DNA from: Chrysomallon squamiferum
Lineage: Eukaryota; Animalia; Mollusca
Direction: 5' to 3'
NCBI GenBank assembly: GCA_012295275.1
Contig: CM022670.1
Span: forward strand, 13,330,001-13,394,000
Length of the DNA stretch: 64,000 nt
Position numbers and translations under genes: made by a program. Each line of letters begins with the position of its first letter. Position 1 is the stretch's first letter. Below the pieces are notes generated by a model. The model ran no database searches. It was given only the letters and a program-made list of their open reading frames with translations, and was not told where the DNA came from. Shown piece after piece: positions 36,265 through 49,137 of this stretch.

Positions 36265-37720
36265 CATGTTCTGAAGTGTTTAAATTTTGTGTTTAAAAAC
36301 AGTCAAACATTTTGTAATTAATATCCCATGCTGGAACTCTGAATCAGTTTGTTATTTATCTAGATGAAAGACCTAGCAGCCATTAACCCAATAATCTTAG
36401 ATAAATGTGTAGAAAATTTAAAAAACATTTAAGATTAAAATAAAATGTGCTTTGTTTATCCATCTTTGTGTGTTTTTTTTATTACAAAGATAATGAGATA
36501 TTTAAGGTATATATGTGATAGGAGATTACAGACATCCTATTACACAGTTGTATTACTGAGTGATTGTTTTGTTACTGGTTCAGGCTTTGCTAATAATAAT
36601 TTTATTTAATTTTGTGCTTAGTACAAATAAATCTTTGCAAAATTGTTTTTTCTCATTTCTTCAGTCTGTCAGATTTTTATCTTTTAGACAAAGATTTCAG
36701 CATTCGTTCGTTCTAATTAATATTTGTGATGTTTTGCTATTACCAATGAATTAAAACATAAAGTGGAAGTATACAGTTGGCAGTTTGGACCAACTTCCAC
36801 AGAAATATTTAATGACTTATGTGTTAGATATAAGATAATTTTCCTTTATGATCGTATAAACTAATTGCCATTTACACCAATATTTTCTAAACCCTTCATT
36901 ACAGAAAATGCAAAAAAGATCCTTTATTATAATCAGATTGCTGTCATTAATCCATATATTTCTGTACAAAGTTAATCATTTTCAGCAAAAGGATTGATCT
37001 TATATAGCCTTTCTGCCATAGGACAGTTCCCAAGAATAAATAAAATAGGTTGACAAATTCAAGAATGTAAATTTTAATAAACAACAACAGATGAGACAAA
37101 TTTAATGCCTTATTAACAGTTGTTAGGAAATTATGTTTGGTGATCTGAGCTGTTCATATCTGAACAAAAACAACCATTAATTTTAATGAAAGTTTTATTA
37201 GTCTCTGTGACAATATGACAATGAATGAAATATAAAAATAATGAAACAAGTACTTGTACATACATTTAATTCTTAGCAAGTACTTTGAATTTTGTGATAC
37301 TTTTGAAAGAAAATCAAGGATTTAGGTGCTTGCCGTTTTATTATCTTTACTAGTACAAATCAAAATCTATTGAATTCTTTTTGGATTGTGTAAATTGGAA
37401 GTGAATAACAACCATTTTCAAAATAATTTACACACTGACAAGAACATGTTTATTTTTCATATTCCTGAGTAACAAAACAGTTTTGTATTTCTTTCAGTGA
37501 TAAAAATAGCTAAGAATCTCTCTTTTAGTATAGTTATCAACAGATAAGTATCTATATACAAAATAAAACAAATTATTCCTGTGCATTCAATACTGTCTGA
37601 ATGATTTAGTCACACAAGCAGGAACAGAACTGATACAGAAGATCCCAACTCGAGCAACTGTCCACAGATTCTGTGTCTGGTAATAAAAGAATTAATGTCT
37701 GAATCTGTTTAATCTGTCAT

Positions 37721-40700
37721 CTAATACCGTTTCTTCTTCAAAATGTCTGGTCGCCAGTTTATAGGATGTGTCTCTTCCGTCTGAAAAAGAGGCAGAAAAA
37801 CAAATTATAGAATAAACAGTTTATTTAATAACTTTACATTTAAAAAATGTGTTAGCATAATATGCCTGGATTTCAATGATATTTTATGAATCCATTTTTA
37901 ATATTTTCATTTATTCTTGTATTTATGGTGTTACAGTTCATAGTGTTGTCAGTACATTGTCTTTATATACCAACATAGACAGAAAATGAATATGCAAACC
38001 TCAACTGTAAAGTAATAATACAAATAGATAATAATGATATATATTTATTATAGATAAAAGGTGATCAGATATACCATTTCTTTACTGAAAACAATGCTTA
38101 CCGCAGTTTCATCTTCTTTGTATATTTTAATTGTTTTGTCTGCCTCTGCAGTGATTAGTCGAGTTCCACTGTGATCAAACTCAACAGCAAATATTCCAGC
38201 TTCTGAGTCGATAGACCCTGGCTGAGCAGCAGCTTGCAGTCTCTGGTAGTTGTATCCTGTTCTCCAGTCCCAGAAGTGCATTGTACCATTGTCAGCTAAA
38301 AATATTTAAAAACAAAACCCCATCAAAATAGTTTCAATACATATATAAGTAAAGTATTGGCTGGCAACCATTTATTTTTTCAGTACACCATTAAAAATAC
38401 TTTTTATGTTTTGGGGCCCCATGGTTATAAATTATGTTATATAAAGAATAACAGAAGTATGATTGATTTTGTTGTATAGTTATGGTATAAATATACAGTT
38501 TTTACTGTCATCTCATAGTATTGTGCAGATTAAGTAGTAAAGTATAGGAGGACTTGGTTACATCATGCTAGCTTGAACTGTTTAAATTTTGATACATACA
38601 CGTGGCATTTATATCTAAATCTAATTTGACTTGAGATACAAAATCACTCTGCAGTGTGACAATTAACTATTTTTCTAAGATTAAGGCATGAGAAAACAAT
38701 TTTTGTCAAAATGAAGAATAAATGAATAAATTATGTCAGACATCAGCAATTGTGTTCAATTGTTTCAATGTAAAATAATATGAGTGATAATTATGAACTT
38801 GCCAGCTGAAACGAGAACATTATCTGAATTGAGGCCCAGACAGTTGATGATTGCATTGTGACCCGACAGATTCTGTATAAAATTGCCATCAGGAAACTTC
38901 CACTGTTTAATATTGTCTGGTGAAGCTGAACCAAATGTGTATCTGAAAATATTTTTAATATTATCTTAGTTATCAAAAAACTTATTTCAAAATTATAAGG
39001 CTAAAATTATGTGAGTTACAGGATAGTTTTAATAATGTTTGAAGAATATCCTTGTTAAGTAAAGATAAATTTCATCATAGTTAGAATTTAGATTATTGAA
39101 ATTTTCATTCTTCTTTAGAAAACTGAAAGAAAAACATAACATGTTCTTTTTTAATCTTCCATTTAAATATTTTGTTTTATACAACTCCAGCAAAAAGCAG
39201 TTAAAAATACAATTTTGTATTTTAATATAAAACCTGCCCTTCCAAAAATGTTGAAAAATATTATGATATATATAATGTTTTTATTTTCAAACTGAAAATT
39301 TTTTTTTCACTCACTGTGTAGGATGTAGTGCCACTGCTCTAACACTCTTCTTATGATTAGTCAAAGTAACCTTTGACCTTCCAGCTGCCAAGTCCCATAA
39401 TCTTATAGTGCAGTCATGACTTCCTGAGATTACCTGTGGTTCTGAAGCCTGGCATTTCACCACGGCAACTGTGTTCTGATGACCAACCATTGTGTGTACA
39501 CATGCCTTGGTCCTCATGTCCCAACACTAGAATAAATACATTTTTAATTTTTAATGAAAAAAAAAATTACCATGCTCTTGAAAGAATACTTATTTTTTAA
39601 ATAGTGTTGAAAAAAAAAGAATTTAAATTGTGGCATCTGCTTTCTTTTCTATGGGAAGGAAATGTTAAATATCCTTTGTTTTTAATCAGTAAACAAAGCT
39701 TTTGATACAGCAATGCATTTTGTCTTACTCTCTCTGTCAGATAAAATTCTCTATTAGACATCATCTTAAAGGATGTTATCATTCTATTTCATTTAAATAT
39801 ACTGTGATCAGAATATTACATTAATATTTTTTTAATTCTTCAAACACTTACCCTGACAGTAGCATCTCTGCCACAAGTTAGAAGAACATCAATGGTAGGG
39901 TGAATATCCAGTGAGTAAACAGCACTTAAATGGCCATGGTAATGACGAATAGTCTAAACAAATTAAAAATTATCTTAGTGTCATGTACAATATATCTTAC
40001 AGTAAAAATGTAAGAATATAATTATTATGGTCAGTAATATATTTACATTTTTGCATTATTAAAATTATTTCTAACCTAACGTATTTACAAAATGAATTTT
40101 TCCAAAAGTAACATTTTAAAACTGCAAATAAAAAATTTGAAGTCTGAGAAATCTTCAGCAATATACACACATAAAAAATGTGTATTTTCAGAACAAAATT
40201 TTATAACTGTAAAGAAGTGATTGAAATTTTAGGAAGTATTTTATATATATATACTTCAACATTTATCGATCTAAATTACAAAATTATATTAAAATAAATT
40301 AGTCAAATCCTAAATAAACATCACAGCAGGACTCTTATTTTATTAATAAATATTATAAAAATTAAATGAATTTTAAATATTTACCTTGAAAGGGTACACA
40401 TGAAAAAAACAATACTTCAGTTCATTAATAAAACTATTATTATTTAAATTGATTAATGTTGAGATAAAAATTAAGCTGTATAAACCTTATTGTATTCCAA
40501 ATCCCAACACTTCACTTGTTTGTCCTCACCACAAGAAAACAAGTAAGGTTGTCGAGGGCTGACGGCAACCCCACGCACTGTGCTAATGTGACCTGTCAAT
40601 GACAGTTTGAGTGTTCCAGTTGCCAAGTCCCAGATCTAAAAATGAATTAAAAAGAAGTATAAAAAAACAGACATAAGTCTATATATGTTAGCTTTGTGTT

Positions 40701-43700
40701 TTAGATACTAATATTTCAGACATTATTACATATAGTGTTCAAAATTATATATTATAAATATCTTGAGTTAAGTTACTTACCTTTATCACTCTGTCACCTG
40801 CTCCTGTTACAAACCATTCATTACCAGGTTCTATTGCAATACATCGAACCCATCCAAGATGGCCACTTATAACCTGAAATATTATAAAGCAGAATTCACA
40901 TAAATAATATATACTGTAAATATGATTAAAAAATAAAATTTATTAAAAAACCAGATTCAGTTTTTATTTTAATACTATTTCTGAAAAACAGCTAATAATT
41001 ACTCTTTACAAATAACTGAATAAAATGGTTTCAATGGTTTTTAGACTAGTGACAGATGATGCATACTTTTGTTTAGAATTAAATAATATTTAATGTACAA
41101 AATAAAGAGGGAATAAGTGTATTTTCTTCCTGGCAAGAGAAAGTTAATGTTTACTTCTCACAATGTTAAAACACAAATACTCACCCTGTACAATTTCCAT
41201 GGAGGATGCCACTGTGGTTTTGGCATTGTTGGTGCTTTTCTCGGAACCAACATCTGTTGTTGACCAACAGTTACTGATACCATGTTCTAGTAACAGTAAG
41301 TATAAAAAGTTAAAAAAATAACTTTGTATGTCATTTTAATACATCCAAACCAAATAAACAAAACTTTTAAGCAAAATAATGCCCTATTTTCTAGAATCAT
41401 TTCTAGATGTTTTGTTTAAATGTGTATATTTTTCTTTCTCTTTTTTTCATACTTGTGTCCTAAAATTTCTTACAAATCCATCAACTGATTAAAGATATAT
41501 GACATTAAAGCAATTGTTTTGTTAAAAGAATGCAATTATTTCAGAAAATAATTTGAATGTACTGCTGATAAATAACAAAAATATTTTTTACATTGAGAAC
41601 TTACTTTAGAAGATGGATCAATTCTCTCAGATATTCCAGCATTCTGTCGGATATCATGAATGCTGGCTCCCATAGGAACATTGGTCTGTCTGCACAAATT
41701 AAACATAAAGAAGATTTAATTATCTACATAGCAATTAGAAAACAAATGATCACTGCCATTCTAAACATACTTATTTCAGAAGGTCCACCATATACAAGTG
41801 AAATGGTTGTTATCACAGTTATAGAAACAGATAACTCTGAATCTGAAGTAGATGTAAGTCCTTATTATTTGCAATTAATAACCTTGTATCCAAATATTTA
41901 GCTTTTTCTTTAAAAATAAAATAAGTTACAATTGTATTTAATAGGGGCATTTTTAAAGATCTTAAGAAGTTTAAATTATATAATAATAATAATAATAATA
42001 TTACCGTAATAAAGATAAAAGTAAGTGTGTTAAGAGAACAAATCAAATGATCTAAATAATGTGGTGAACAGTTAAACAAAATTAAGAACATACCTGCTTT
42101 GTTCATACATCATCATCTCCATGCCACCAACTGAACTAGGATCAGTCTGTTTGCTTGTAGAGTTTGTTAATTGAACACCTGTAAAAATAAAATTTGTTAA
42201 CAATTATTTAACTTTTATTTTTATCTTCATTTTTGCTTACACAGTAATACATTTATTTTATTATTAATCAAACTTTATGGTAACCAATACATTAAAAATC
42301 ATTCAACAATACTGTCACATGATGCATAATTCTCAGTTAAAAACATTTTTTTTATTTTCCTGTAATCAAAAAACATAAAACTTGTATGACATTCATTAAT
42401 AATTCTTTTCTTTCTTTTTCATTCAACTGAGCAGAGTCTTATCTTCCACCCCAGTAAAAAAGAATTAAGAAATAAAATAAAAGCAACATGACAAATGATC
42501 ATGAAACCTTGCTTTTCCTATTCTTACCTGGACCATTTGGATATGGGTGTGTTCCTTGAACTGAAACTTCAAGATTTTCTGCAATATTGGATTTGAAGTA
42601 TTATATAATTTATTAACACATTTATAATATGAGTTAACAGTTTCTTAGCACAGTATTCAAATATATTAAAACACAGGGAAAACTGTTTTTTGTTTTAGAT
42701 AAACATATGAATATTGTCGCACTTATACAATTTACTTAAACCAGTCCATTTTCAATAAATTGTGCATCAATAAATGGAACTATATTCATCTTACTTTCTA
42801 TAAATATCATATTAAGGTACAAATGAGACCTAGTAAAACAACTTTTCCACAATAATGCTAAATGATGCATATTAAGCTATTTACTTTAGTTACTAATTCT
42901 CATATTACAGAACCTTTAACTGTATTACCTGAAATAACATTCTGAATATATCATTACATATTATATCAGACAGAGAGTAAAATTTAACTGTTAAAGAAGA
43001 TTATTTAATTTATGTACCAGGCCATATGTTTTCTCCATAAGGTCTAATAACATCTTGTCTGTTGTTTTCTGATTACATCTTCTTTTGGTAAATCTTTAAC
43101 AGGACCATATTCATCTCTCAACTTCAGTTTTCTTCGAAGGACATCACTGAAATTAATCAGTCCTCTACTAGTACTATTGGAAATAAATATGTATTACAGT
43201 ATTGCATATTTGACTATTATTTACTGAAAGTTGTTCATATTCATGGTACCCACTTTAACTTGACACCATGGTGCAAATAAAAGTACTAAATGCATTTTTT
43301 TAATAACCATAAATGATTTTTTGTTATTAATAATAAAGTAGAGTGTAAAATAACAAACTTAAACAAATCAGCAATGCCCTGTCTCAGGATTAATGATTTA
43401 ATAATAACTAATAAACTAAGAGTAAGAATCAATTAAAAAGAAAAATTATAAATATCTAAAAAACCTTTTTTCATCTCTAACAGGAAGATTTCCCTGTTCA
43501 GATATGAACATGTCATGAGTTCTTTTTAGAGATCGAAATACCAGGGTGTGGACAGAATGCTTTTGAACTTCCTATAAAATAATAAAAATGAACATCAGAT
43601 ATTTTGTTATGTAATTATTTAGCGATCACAATAATTTATATTTCAACTGAACAAAAATAATAAAATGCATAATATATAAAAGGTTATTTTCAGCAGATCC

Positions 43701-44306
43701 CATCTTTTTCTTGACCAACATTTCCTTTACATTATAATTTAAATAGTAAATTATGTTATACTCTAATACTTAAGTTAAGGGAGGTAAGCTGACAATGGAC
43801 TGATTAAAAACAAAAACTTGGTTCGTTTAAAATTACTTCTTTAATTTTCATTATCACAATCGTGCAATGCTCCAGTTATGCCGGTAAAAAAAAAGAGAAA
43901 AAATAACAGAATAACTTCAATAAAAAAACCACTGAAGAAATTTGTTTCAAAGCAATATTATATTATGAATATAATATTAATTATTATACTAATAAATAAA
44001 TAATACTGTACGTTTATCTCATTTAGTTATTTATGCGACTTAGATTTTCTGTATTTAAGCGTTTTCCCAACATCTAATTCAAGTGAAATTGAATGAATCA
44101 CTGTCTATATGATCATTATGATGAAGTTTATCACTTTAATGATTTTATTTCTTAAGTCAAGAAAACACTGCCAATGTGAATGTGAATGTTGCGATCAGAA
44201 ATGATAAATGAAACATTGCAATGTAAGCTATACCAGATCGGTTAATGGAAGAATTATAGTACATGTACATAATGTAATTCTCAATAAGACACATTACCTC
44301 TGTCAT
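37721..44306 (-). CDS. PLRG1: Pleiotropic regulator 1 (Prp46 homologue, WD40 spliceosomal protein); one apparent frameshift in coding exon 3
   Basis: Exons 44306-44298, 43571-43465, 43146-43018, 42578-42528, 42178-42094, 41689-41605, 41286-41185, 40873-40781, 40635-40486, 39953-39852, 39526-39315, 38942-38803, 38295-38102, 37780-37721. Motifs: [89 protein letters not shown]. Confidence 0.96.
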
Positions 44307-44622
44307 AACTGCATATAAATGTATAATATTTTGTAAGATAAACGTTTTTACGAATTTCACTGAAGTTATCGCCAAGAATCTGGAGTTATCTCAATCATAA
44401 TTACACGCTACTTCCGGTTAAAAGAGACAATGTTTGCTATCGAAACCCAGTAGTTCACTGATAAACTGAGACCAGAAAGACTGAGTATAATAGCAAAATG
44501 CACCAACAATCTATATCTTTCACTTAATACTCTATTGAGCATACAGTTTTGTCGATCAGCTTCTCGAAGGTGTCTTGATGGGTGGAATTAATAAAAACGA
44601 AAACTAATTATTAATAAATAAA

Positions 44623-44680
<58 letters not shown>

Positions 44681-44992
44681 TAATAATAATGCGAATATTG
44701 TTATTTTATTATTATTATCTTTTTTTATTTCATTCATGTGTTCTTCAGTTTTAATTTAATTTAATTTATTTTATTTTATTCATTATATACATCTTATCAT
44801 TAATTAATTTACGGGCGAATTATATAGATTTGCATATCTTTTTTCAATCCCAAGTTCTGAAGGCGCAATTTATAAATAAAATGGAGATTGTCGTCTGCGA
44901 ACACTAACCACGTACATCGCAATGTTCATTTTATTGATGTGGTAACTACACTGTTTGATAAAAATGTTTGATATTTTCTAAGATATAACTGA
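44307..44992. promoter_or_regulatory. Putative bidirectional promoter region PLRG1/MCMDC2 with ETS motif
   Basis: Divergent ATGs about 690 bp apart; ACTTCCGG (ETS/GABP-type) at 44410-44417; local CpG enrichment. Confidence 0.65.
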
Positions 44993-45351
44993 ATGGAAAA
45001 TAAAGAATTAAGATTTTCTCTCTTGAAATCGGCTGCGGAATATTTAGATATCAGTGGGAATTTAACAGAAGTGAAACGGCTATGTAAACAATATCAGCAG
45101 AACCAGGTATGTTTTATATAAATGAAAGATCTGAAAAACAAAACAAAACAAATTAGATTCTACAGTTTATTTATTTATTTATTTATGTTTCATCTACTGA
45201 CTGATCTTTCTTTTTCACATTATTCTTACAGGGTATTCTTGTATATACATTTAAAATTCATATTGATCCTACTGAACTAGTTGATAAAAGCAGTAAGTAT
45301 TTCATTCACATAACTTTTTCAAAAGGCAATAATTAAATATTAAAAATAATT

Positions 45352-45435
<84 letters not shown>

Positions 45436-48400
45436 TTGTTATATACATGCATACATATATCCATGCACATGTAGAATCTTAAACATCTTTGATGTTGACA
45501 TTTGGAAAAAAAAATTATTTGAAGAGAATTACTTTACTTTGCATTTTAGGTGCATTAGGAAATTTGGTATTGTGTTCTCCAATAAAGGCAACTGACATCT
45601 TTCAAGAGGTTTATTAAAATACAGTTCTTTGGAAATAATCAAAATGCATATCATATATATCTAAGTGATTTTTTTTTATTGTTTGGTGATAAAAAAGCAT
45701 GATAACAAAAAATGGAAATACATAAAGGTGCCATTTTCTCCATATTTTTGATGGTACAAATTCCAGAGTAAATTATTAAAGATTCACCATAATATTATTG
45801 ATAACTCTATACAGAGAGGTTTCATTTCTGTAAACAAAATAAATTCAGTTGAAGGAGAAATGGCTGCCATTATATATCTGTTTGAGATAGTTATTTTAAT
45901 ATAATATTTTTATTTGTTTTTATTTATTATTATTTTTTTTTTTTTTTTAAAACACAATTATTTTAAAGAATATAAAATTAATCCATTTAGATAGTTTATT
46001 TGTACCATGATAGATTAACTATGGATGCTATGAGGATTATTCATAAATGTTAAATATGATTTCAATTAATTAGTAATTTGAATGCTTTTATTAAAGTTAT
46101 TTTCTGTATCTTAAATTATAATATTAACAGTAATTTAATATTAACCAGTTTATCAATAAAACACCTACATATGTATAAATATAACACTAAGTTATATCTT
46201 TATTTGTTTTCAGGTTATATTCACACTTATTCAACAGTTGAATTTACTTCCCCCTGAAACCACAGAGACACAAATATCTTTAATCCTTCGACTTACCTGT
46301 TTACCTGCACCCTTACACCTGTCAGTAATTTAGTGTTTTACAAAAATAAAGTTATATTTTTAAACATATATTAATAGGGTATTACATTACAAAAAGAATC
46401 AAAATTGTTATTAAAAAAATTAATAACTTCATGATATATATTATTTGCTTGAAATATGTAAATAGACTGTTAATTTAATTGTGGAACTATGTTTATAAAT
46501 ATATAAATATTTCTTCTATTATTTATTGCTAATTATTTTCTGTTTTAGTTTCAGATGAATATATGTTAAATATTTGTATATGTTTTTATCAGTTTAAGGA
46601 TTTCTAAAGTCACAGATCTTTCCAAAAACACAGAATATGAAGGATTCATAAAGTTAACTGGAGTTGTTTTAGGTCTGTCAGGCATATCTAAATATACGTA
46701 AGTGCATTTAAAACTTGAAGACTGGAAGAACAAAATTAACAGATTATGATCTTGAACTATTTACTCACATTAAATTATCAAAATAAAACTAATATATTAT
46801 ATTTTGTGAAAATAAAATTCATGCTTTGTTTATATTTTTAAAACTGTATAACCTTTTGTTCAGATATTGTTGATTCCATATTTTTGTTTATTAATTTAAA
46901 AAATAATTTAAAATTAATAAAAAAAAGACATGGAACCAAAATCTGTAAAACAAATATTTCCAAAAAGTATTTAAATTGTATTAAAGTTTTTTTTTTTTTT
47001 TTTCACCCTCTCATTTAAAAATATGACTGATAATGAAGTTAAAAAAAGGTGGGGTTTTTTAAGATTGATGTTAATACTGAAACTTTAATTAATAAATTAA
47101 TTTGAACTAGTCAGAGCACCAAGTATCTTTGTCCTTATGAAGACTGTGAGAGTCAAACAGGAAACTGTTACATCAGAGTACACATCCCTGGAGCATCTGA
47201 AACACAAACAATCAGGTCAAATCTGTTTTAATTATCCATTATTAATGTTGCAAATAGATAGATGACGACTATTGTTTAATTCATTACAAATTGCCAATCT
47301 TTGATAATAATAATAATGTATGGCAGTAAAAGTATAAAATTTTATGAACAGTTCCATTAATTTTTGTTTTTTTCTTCAGTATAACTACAAGGGCAGCAAG
47401 CTGAGAAAACAATATATAAAATTTAAAAACATAGAATAAGAGTTATTAATTATTTTTTAAAAGAAAGGCAGTTATATATTTTTTTAATTCTGTTGTATAA
47501 TATTTTTAAAAAGCATTTCTTTTGTAGTGTGACATAATTATATCATTGATTTAGTTATTTTGAATTTTTAATTAATTAAAAGAAAAGAGATACAGCAAGA
47601 AATAAAAAAGAAAAATATATTTTATTTTCAGAAATGATTTTAAATGTAGGTTGTGTGGTCTGACTCTTCATGAAGTGAAATCAGCAAGAACAATATCAGG
47701 TTACAGTTTCATGTCTCTATAACAAATAAATTGTTTTAAATATTAGTGATTTCCATAATAAAATCTGTAAATGAAAATTTTCATTCTAGTAATTATCCAT
47801 AATATTTAAAGATAAAATGAATAAATTAACAAGTGTTATAACATGGGTTACTAGAAAAGGCAGTAAAATAAAATAAAATGAAAAACAACAGGATATCCAC
47901 TTCTATCATATATGAGTAATATAGTAATAAGGTAATATAATGTGATATAATGTAGTTCTAATACAGTTATTGTAACTGTAATATGATATAATATAATGTT
48001 GTAATGCAGTATAATTTAATATTATTATAATGTAAAATAATGTAAATGTTATTTCCAGACTGTGTATTGGCAGAGGTTGTTCCTGATCACCTTTTTACTT
48101 GTTTTAGTAGTTATGGTTCTACTTTCAGAGGACAATCAATTAGGGTTTATTTTAGAGGTGACTGTTATGTTTTATCTTAATGTAACTAAATCCATTCTAA
48201 AACCAAAAATGGGCAGTTGTCTTGATTATTTCATAATCAATAAAATAAATTTAAAAAATAATAAATATATAGGTCTTTGACATTTTGTTAATTATTTTTA
48301 GCCATGATTGGTTGATTTTAGAATTTTCCAATACTTTTGCTATCATGTTAGTCTTCAAAAAGGTATATGTCAATAGGTACATTTAAAAAAATAGCTTTTT

Positions 48401-49078
48401 ATTGAACCAATGCTAATATATTTAAAAATGAATTTATATTGACATTTTCAAGGAGATAATCTTGCAGGTTTATTACACAAATTGAAAATTATTTATGAAA
48501 ATCTTTCGGGTTTTTTCCAGATGATCTATGTACAAAAGTGGAACCTGGTTTAAAATATGAGATTATTGGACTGGAGAAAAGATGTGATTGGAGAACAAGT
48601 AACCCTTGCAATAGAGGTTAATATTTGATTAAAAATTGTCTGCAGTACAGAATAGTAAGCTTTTTTTTTTAAAGTACAATAAATATTTTAAAAAAAAAAT
48701 ATGTATTTTGGTAGCTAATAACTGTTCTAGATGGGATATAATTTTCCTAATTTTTATTTATTCATTAATTTCATAATTATCTGACTTTCAGATTTATTTT
48801 TTTATTTATTTTATATATTTAATTTTAATTTTAATTTTAATTTTAATTTTAATTTTAGGCTAACAATGTCAAAGAGGTAAATATTTACTAACATGCTTCA
48901 ATTTTATTTCTTTTAACCACTCTTATAATAACTTACATTTTAATACATTCAGATAGATTTAATGAGACTTTTGTGTTATTATGATGTTCAAAATTTCTAT
49001 TTTAAATGTTAATTCTTATTTAATGAAAATAAGTAACTGCATCCATAAAAATGACTGATATTTAAAAATAACATACAC

Positions 49079-49137
<59 letters not shown>

